From Hyphomonadaceae bacterium (GTDB taxonomy: Bacteria; Pseudomonadota; Alphaproteobacteria; Caulobacterales; Aquidulcibacteraceae), in contig JBFWOC010000002.1 of assembly GCA_050250735.1 (NCBI GenBank), forward strand, positions 56,614 through 120,613: a DNA stretch of 64,000 nucleotides, written 5' to 3'. Position 1 is the stretch's first letter; each line of letters begins with the position of its first letter. The notes under the pieces were generated by a model, which saw only the letters and a list, made by a program, of their open reading frames with translations, ran no database searches and was not told where the DNA came from. Shown piece after piece: positions 58,891 to 64,000 of this stretch. The translations under genes were made by a program, and so were the position numbers.

Positions 58891-61068
58891 ATGGGGATTT
58901 GGCGCCGCCTGAGATGGCTTTTATCGGCTTCGCTGCTGGCGGCGAGCGGCGCGGCGCATGCGCAACAAACCGCATCGCCGCCGCCCCCGCCGCAGCCGGC
59001 TGAAACCAATGCCGGGCGCGAGGACGAGGACAGCAATGACGACATCGTCGTCCTGGCCCAGCCCGGCGACCAGGTCCGCATCGATCGGCGCATCTATACA
59101 TTGCGGGAGGATCCCGCAGCGCAGGCCAGCAACATGTTCGATGTGCTGGGCCGGATTCCGTCAGTCAGCGTCGCGCCCTCGGGGGCGATCACGCTGCTCG
59201 GCGCCGACAACGTCACCATCCAGATCAACGGCCAGCCGGTTCCGGGCCAAAGCCTGGAGCAAGTGCTGCGCGGCATTACCGGCGCTGAGGTCGAACGCAT
59301 CGAAGTCATCACCAATCCCGGCGCGCAATATTCGGCGGCAGCCTCGGGCGGCATCATCAACATCATCACGCGCCAGCGCATCAACACCGGCTTCAACGGC
59401 TCGATCCAAACGGGCATCGACACGCTTGGCAGCTATCACCTGGGCGTTTCGCCGAGCTGGTCACGCGGGCCTTGGTCGCTCAGCGGCGGCCTGGGGCTCT
59501 GGAGCGGTCGGCAGACGCAGGATTTCGAGCGCGAGCGCGAGATTTTCGGCTCTGGCGACACGACGCTGGAGCAGGGCGATCAGGAGATCGAATTCGGCGG
59601 CTATTATCTCAGCCGGCTCCAACTCGGCTACCGGCCCAATGAGCAGCGCCGCATCACGCTGGCATACGACCACGTCCGCGGCGGCAACGATATCTCCCGC
59701 GAAACCGAAACCGCCACGAACGGCGCGGCCTCCTCTACACAATCGAACTTGAACCAAGTCGCGTTTCGCAACGACCAGCTCAATTTCGAACTCCAGCAGG
59801 ATGGCCAACCGCGCGAGCTGCTGAAAATCATCGGCATGATTCAGAGCCACGGCGTGGAATTCGATCAGACGTTCGAGTTCGCCCCTATCGTCGGGATTGC
59901 CGCCCAAGTGCTGGCGAGCAATGAGGTTGATCTGTTCAACACCAACGCCCGCATCGAGTACGAGCGCCCGTTCGGCGAAGAGCGTTTTCTCACCACGGGC
60001 CTTTCGTTCGACACCTCGGATCAGGAAATCGAGAACGCGCGCGACACGGTTTTCGGCCCCGCCATTCCTGCCGATTACGCGATCCTGCTCGAAGGCCGCC
60101 AGCAGACGCTCGCCGGCTACGGAACTTTCCAGTTCGAAACCGGCACGTGGACATGGCAGCCGGGCCTGCGCGTGGAGAATTACCGGCGCGAAGTCATCTC
60201 CAGCGGGCTCGAAAGCGACGACACCGACTTACGGTATTTTCCCAGCATCCATATCCGCCGCGGTCTCGGCGAGCACACCGACATGGACCTGAGCTACACC
60301 AGCCGCATCCAGCGCCCCGGCTTCCAGCAGCTCGATCCGGCGCTGCGTTTCATCGACACCAATCGCGCCATCCGCGGCAACCCGAATCTCGCGCCCTCGC
60401 TCACCGACGCCTACGAGGCCAATTTCACCTACCAAAACAGCGGTCGCAGCGTCAGCCTCACCTTCTACGACCGCATCAGCGAGGACATCTTCTCGCCCTT
60501 CACCGAAACGCTGGCGGACGGCACAATTCTCACCACCACCGTTAACGCCGGCACGAGCGAGCAGCGCGGCGTGCAAGCCATCCTGCGCGGACCGATCACC
60601 GAGCGCTGGCGCTATTCGGCCAACGTGAACCTCATGCAGCGCGCATTCGACGCTCTGAGCAGCGGCGTCATCACGCGCCGCGAGGAGTTCGAGTACGACG
60701 GTTCCGTCTCACTCGATTATCGCGAACCCGATCAGAACGCGGTGGGGGCCGATCAACTGCAGTTCGAGGTACGGTTCCAGGGTCCGCGGCACACCCTGCA
60801 AAGCGATTCCGATGAGTTCGTGGTTGCGAACTTCACGTGGCGGCGCAAGCTCACCGATCGGCTCTACGGCACGCTGCAGGCGCAGGACATTTTCAGCACC
60901 CAGAACAACGTCAACGAAATCACGACCGACACCTATTTCGAGCGCACCGATATTCAGAGCCCTGGCGCGCGCGTGCGCTTTGCGCTGACCTATCAATTCG
61001 GCGCCGGCCCGCAGCGGCCGCCGCAGGATCAGCAGACGCCCGGCGGCCCGCCGATTCCCACGCAGTGA
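58891..61068 (+). CDS. TonB-dependent outer-membrane receptor
   Basis: Track ORF 58873..61068; ATG at 58891. Signal peptide MGIWRRLRWLLSASLLAASGAAHA. Plug motifs are DVLGRIPSVSV..ITLLGADNVTIQINGQPV and IERIEVITNPGAQYSAAASGGIINIITR. The protein ends in a beta-barrel with ALTYQF. Confidence 0.9.
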   Translation: MGIWRRLRWLLSASLLAASGAAHAQQTASPPPPPQPAETNAGREDEDSNDDIVVLAQPGDQVRIDRRIYTLREDPAAQASNMFDVLGRIPSVSVAPSGAITLLGADNVTIQINGQPVPGQSLEQVLRGITGAEVERIEVITNPGAQYSAAASGGIINIITRQRINTGFNGSIQTGIDTLGSYHLGVSPSWSRGPWSLSGGLGLWSGRQTQDFEREREIFGSGDTTLEQGDQEIEFGGYYLSRLQLGYRPNEQRRITLAYDHVRGGNDISRETETATNGAASSTQSNLNQVAFRNDQLNFELQQDGQPRELLKIIGMIQSHGVEFDQTFEFAPIVGIAAQVLASNEVDLFNTNARIEYERPFGEERFLTTGLSFDTSDQEIENARDTVFGPAIPADYAILLEGRQQTLAGYGTFQFETGTWTWQPGLRVENYRREVISSGLESDDTDLRYFPSIHIRRGLGEHTDMDLSYTSRIQRPGFQQLDPALRFIDTNRAIRGNPNLAPSLTDAYEANFTYQNSGRSVSLTFYDRISEDIFSPFTETLADGTILTTTVNAGTSEQRGVQAILRGPITERWRYSANVNLMQRAFDALSSGVITRREEFEYDGSVSLDYREPDQNAVGADQLQFEVRFQGPRHTLQSDSDEFVVANFTWRRKLTDRLYGTLQAQDIFSTQNNVNEITTDTYFERTDIQSPGARVRFALTYQFGAGPQRPPQDQQTPGGPPIPTQ

Positions 61069-61186
61069 ACCCCGCTCCGCGCTTGCGCGGGAGGTGTCGC
61101 GGAGTGACGGGAGCGAGACGCGGGCGCAGACGGCGCTTGCCGCTTGCTGAAGCGGGTTTATCCTTCGCCCGTGAGGGATGGAAGCC

Positions 61187-61460
61187 ATGAGCTACCCTGT
61201 CGGCGCGGGCGATCTGGTTCTCTGCGTCAACGCGGCCCCGAACCACGTAACCGGCGAGCCGGTGCCGCTCGTTGTTGGCGAGACCTATACAGTCAGTCGG
61301 GGCGGTGCTGGAGTTCGCGTGCCCATGCGGACGATCCGACTCCTTGCTGGATGTCGGCGTTGACTTTGCCTGGTGTCAGACGCGCTTCCGGCTGCTGCCG
61401 AAGCCGAAGTTCGAGGCCAAGGCGCGCCGTGCCTCTGCTCCGAAGGAGACGGTGAACTGA
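61187..61460 (+). pseudogene. frameshifted small gene (phage/island-like hypothetical)
   Basis: Frame A gives MSYPVGAGDLVLCVNAAPNHVTGEPVPLVVGETYTVS. It continues sensibly only after a 1-nt shift near 61300, as GAVLEFACPCGRSDSLLDVGVDFAWCQTRFRLLPKPKFEAKA (track ORFs 61178..61363 and 61272..61460). Confidence 0.45.
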
Positions 61461-61464
61461 AGCC

Positions 61465-61718
61465 CTACTGCCTCGGCAGTCTTCGTGACGACCGCGGAAA
61501 CGGGATGACCTCCGCTGGGTGCACCGGTTTGGGTTTGCGCGGCGCGGTGCGGATGCCCCAGCCGACAAACACTCCGAATACCTCTCGCATGACGATCGGC
61601 CAGACTTCTGCCCAGGGGCGATAACGAGGGCGCGGCCGACGCGCCCGTTCTGGCTCATCCAGGCAACCACCAAGCCGGGACAGAAGATTCCAACGGCGAT
61701 GCCAATAACAACACTCAT
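61465..61718 (-). pseudogene. possible frameshifted two-TM small membrane protein
   Basis: MSVVIGIAVGIFCPGLVVAWMSQNGRVGRALVIAP (track 61293..61718) continues plausibly only in another frame, as WAEVWPIVMREVFGVFVGWGIRTAPRKPKPVHPAEVIPFPR (track 61465..61740). Alternatively, the 91-aa GTG-started ORF is real. Confidence 0.3.
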
Positions 61719-61736
61719 ACCGCTCCCTCGTCCGCC

Positions 61737-62099
61737 TCACGGATCATTTTTGTCCACGGTCGCCTCAGCGTCGCGATCAGTCTTTCGCGGCATCGGGCGG
61801 TGGGCCATCCCCAACAGAAGCCGGCGCAAGGCCTCGGCGGCGACAACGGGACCAAACCGTCCCAGGACGCGATCGTAAAACGTGCACAAGTCCCCGTTGG
61901 CGCGAAGGACGGACCAGGGGGCTCGGCGCACTGATCGCAAGTAGCGCTCGACTCGACCGCCAATGGTGTCGCCGTCAACATAGTCTCCGTGGTGAGCGAG
62001 CCACAAACGCAAGTAGGCGCCGTGACTTGCATCGCAGCATTCTTGCCAGCGATCCTGGCGGGATCGCTGCCAGATAACCCGAAATTCGTCGATGATCAT
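61737..62099 (-). CDS. hypothetical protein
   Basis: 120 aa. A strong AGGAGG lies 5 nt upstream of the ATG at 62099. No family recognised. Confidence 0.55.
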   Translation of the reverse strand: MIIDEFRVIWQRSRQDRWQECCDASHGAYLRLWLAHHGDYVDGDTIGGRVERYLRSVRRAPWSVLRANGDLCTFYDRVLGRFGPVVAAEALRRLLLGMAHRPMPRKTDRDAEATVDKNDP

Positions 62100-62174
62100 G
62101 ATGGCCTCCTATCCATAGGAGACTGCGGCGAGATTCGCGACGGGCGAACTCGGCGACTGACGCAGACTCTGCTT

Positions 62175-62208
62175 CCAAAAAGTTACGGCCCGGGATTGCT
62201 CCCGGGCC
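62175..62208 (-). terminator. rho-independent terminator downstream of rpoC
   Basis: On the minus strand, the hairpin ggcccggga gcaa tcccgggcc (62208-62187) is followed by gtaacTTTTT. It begins about 30 nt after the rpoC stop. Confidence 0.75.
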
Positions 62209-62239
62209 GTGCTTGTTCTGGACGTTTCCTCTGCCTGTT

Positions 62240-64000
62240 TTACTCGGCCGCTTCGGGCTGACGCAGCCTTGCCGCGTCTTCGGCGCGTTCGATCGCCAGT
62301 TGTTCGTCGCGTTCGGCGGCGAGCTTCTGGTAGCGGCGCAGCTGACCGCCAGTGCCGGCCGGGATAAGCCGGCCGACGATGACGTTTTCCTTCAGGCCCT
62401 CGAGCGTGTCCGACTTGCCATAAGAGGCAGCTTCGGTGAGCACGCGCGTGGTCTCTTGGAACGACGCCGCCGAGATGAACGAGCGCGTCTGCAGCGAGGC
62501 CTTGGTGATGCCGAGCAACATCGGTTGCGCGGTCGCCGGCGAGAGGCCGAGTTCTTTGACGCGGCGGTTCTCGTCTTCGAGATCGAGCGCTTCCACCGCT
62601 TCCCCTTTCAGGAATTCGGTGTCGCCGGCTTCCATGATCTCGACCTTTTGCAGCATCTGGCGAACGATCACCTCGATGTGCTTGTCGTTGATCGGCACGC
62701 CCTGCAGGCGATAAACCTTCTGAATTTCCTCGACTAGGTAATTCGCCAGCGCTTCGACGCCCAGGATCGACAGGATGTCCTGAGGCGCGGGATTGCCGTC
62801 GAGCAGGTAATCGCCCTTCTTGACGAAGTCGCCTTCCTGCACCGGAATGTGCTTGCCCTTCGGGATCATGTACTCGATCGGCTCGAGGCTTTCGTCTTCC
62901 GACACGACGCGCAGACGGCGCTTGTTCTTGTAATCCTTGCCGAACTCGACGCGGCCGTCGGATTCCGAAATGATCGCGTGATCCTTCGGCCGGCGCGCTT
63001 CGAACAATTCCGCCACCCGCGGCAGACCGCCGGTGATGTCGCGGGTCTTGGCGCCGCCGGTCGGCATCCGCGCCAGGTCTTGGCCCGGCGTGACGTCATC
63101 GCCGTCGGTCACCGAGAGGATGGCGCCGACCGGCAGGGTGTAGGTCTTCACCGCCGCGCCCTTGGCGTTCAGCACAGAAACGGCCGGCTTCAGGTCCGAA
63201 CCTTTCGTTGTCGAACGCCAATCGATCACCACCTTCGATGAAATGCCGGTGGCCTCGTCAAACTCTTCGCGCACCGAAACGCCGTCGATCAGATCGTCGA
63301 AGCGGACCTTGCCGCCGACCTCAGTCAAGATCGGTGTAGCGTAAGGATCCCACTCGGCGATGCGGTCGCCGCGCTTGATCTTCGACTTTTCATCGACCTT
63401 CAGGCGCGCGCCGAACGGCGGCTTGAAGCTCTGACGCTCCTTGCCCTCGTCATCGACGACGGAGATTTTCATGTTGCGGCTCATCACCACCAGATCGCCG
63501 GTCGACGTTTTCACCGTATTGCGGTCGATGAAGCGCACCGAGCCGTCGTGGGCCGACTCCATCACCGACGATTCCGCCAGCTGCGCAGCGCCGCCAATGT
63601 GGAACGTCCGCATCGTCAGCTGCGTGCCCGGCTCGCCGATCGATTGCGCAGCGATGACGCCAACGGCTTCGCCGATGTTCACCTGAGTGCCGCGCGCGAG
63701 ATCGCGGCCGTAGCAGGCGCCGCAGACGCCGGTACGGGTTTCGCAGGTCAGCACCGAGCGCACCTTCACCGCCTGCACGCCGGCCTTCTCGATCGCGGCG
63801 ACCATGTCCTCGTCGAGGAACGTGCCCGCGGGCACGACTGTCTTGCCAGTGCCCGGATCGTTGATGGGCAGCGCCGCGGTGCGGCCCAGGATGCGCGTGC
63901 CGAGCGAAACGACGATGTCGGCGCCGTCGATGACCGCCGTCATCTGGATGCCCTCTTGGGTGCCGCAATCCTCCTCGGTAATGATGCAGTCTTGCGCGAC
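62240..64000 (-). CDS. rpoC: DNA-directed RNA polymerase subunit beta-prime (C-terminal part; 5' end beyond the right window edge)
   Basis: Track ORF 62240..63943, with the frame staying open to the window end. Conserved stretches include [28 protein letters not shown], and [15 protein letters not shown] and [21 protein letters not shown]. Confidence 0.97.
   Translation of the reverse strand, partial: VAQDCIITEEDCGTQEGIQMTAVIDGADIVVSLGTRILGRTAALPINDPGTGKTVVPAGTFLDEDMVAAIEKAGVQAVKVRSVLTCETRTGVCGACYGRDLARGTQVNIGEAVGVIAAQSIGEPGTQLTMRTFHIGGAAQLAESSVMESAHDGSVRFIDRNTVKTSTGDLVVMSRNMKISVVDDEGKERQSFKPPFGARLKVDEKSKIKRGDRIAEWDPYATPILTEVGGKVRFDDLIDGVSVREEFDEATGISSKVVIDWRSTTKGSDLKPAVSVLNAKGAAVKTYTLPVGAILSVTDGDDVTPGQDLARMPTGGAKTRDITGGLPRVAELFEARRPKDHAIISESDGRVEFGKDYKNKRRLRVVSEDESLEPIEYMIPKGKHIPVQEGDFVKKGDYLLDGNPAPQDILSILGVEALANYLVEEIQKVYRLQGVPINDKHIEVIVRQMLQKVEIMEAGDTEFLKGEAVEALDLEDENRRVKELGLSPATAQPMLLGITKASLQTRSFISAASFQETTRVLTEAASYGKSDTLEGLKENVIVGRLIPAGTGGQLRRYQKLAAERDEQLAIERAEDAARLRQPEAAE

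Overview
High-GC (about mid-60s % by eye) chromosomal segment that looks like an alphaproteobacterium, probably Hyphomicrobiales/Rhizobiales-like. Clues are HWE histidine kinases, DUF6894, EcfG-type promoters, a GAAC-N7-GAAC SOS box and REP-like intergenic palindromes. No rRNA, tRNA, CRISPR array, integrase or transposase was seen. Housekeeping genes (glpX, carA, dnaG-rpoD, panD, carB, greA, trxB, an aspartate aminotransferase, the 3' part of rpoC) are interspersed with accessory and uncharacterised genes. All family calls come from motifs I recognise in the translated ORFs; no database search was run. Coordinates I derived by hand (alternative starts, repeats, small ORFs) may be off by 1-2 nt. 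Most worth a second look: (1) A 437-bp cassette at 48828-49264 carries one four-helix-bundle (23S-rRNA-IVS/Avd-like) ORF bracketed by inverted arrays of the heptamer CAGGTGT. It fills the gap between two convergent stop codons almost exactly (1 nt spare on the left, none on the right). (2) A second copy with no clear ORF, at 54248-54379, fills the eamA-folB gap exactly. (3) A four-gene block of unknowns at 11102-14524 includes a membrane-anchored Rossmann-like (TIR/SLOG-like) protein. (4) A TIR-like/TM/TonB-C fusion overlaps panD by one nucleotide. (5) A CheB-CheR-PAS-HWE kinase cluster has no MCP nearby. (6) Two orphan TadG-like VWA paralogues sit in tandem, next to an SPFH-RHH-CPBP operon with a perfect palindrome. 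(7) Two tandem small SFPASDPP-motif genes lie behind an EcfG-like promoter.
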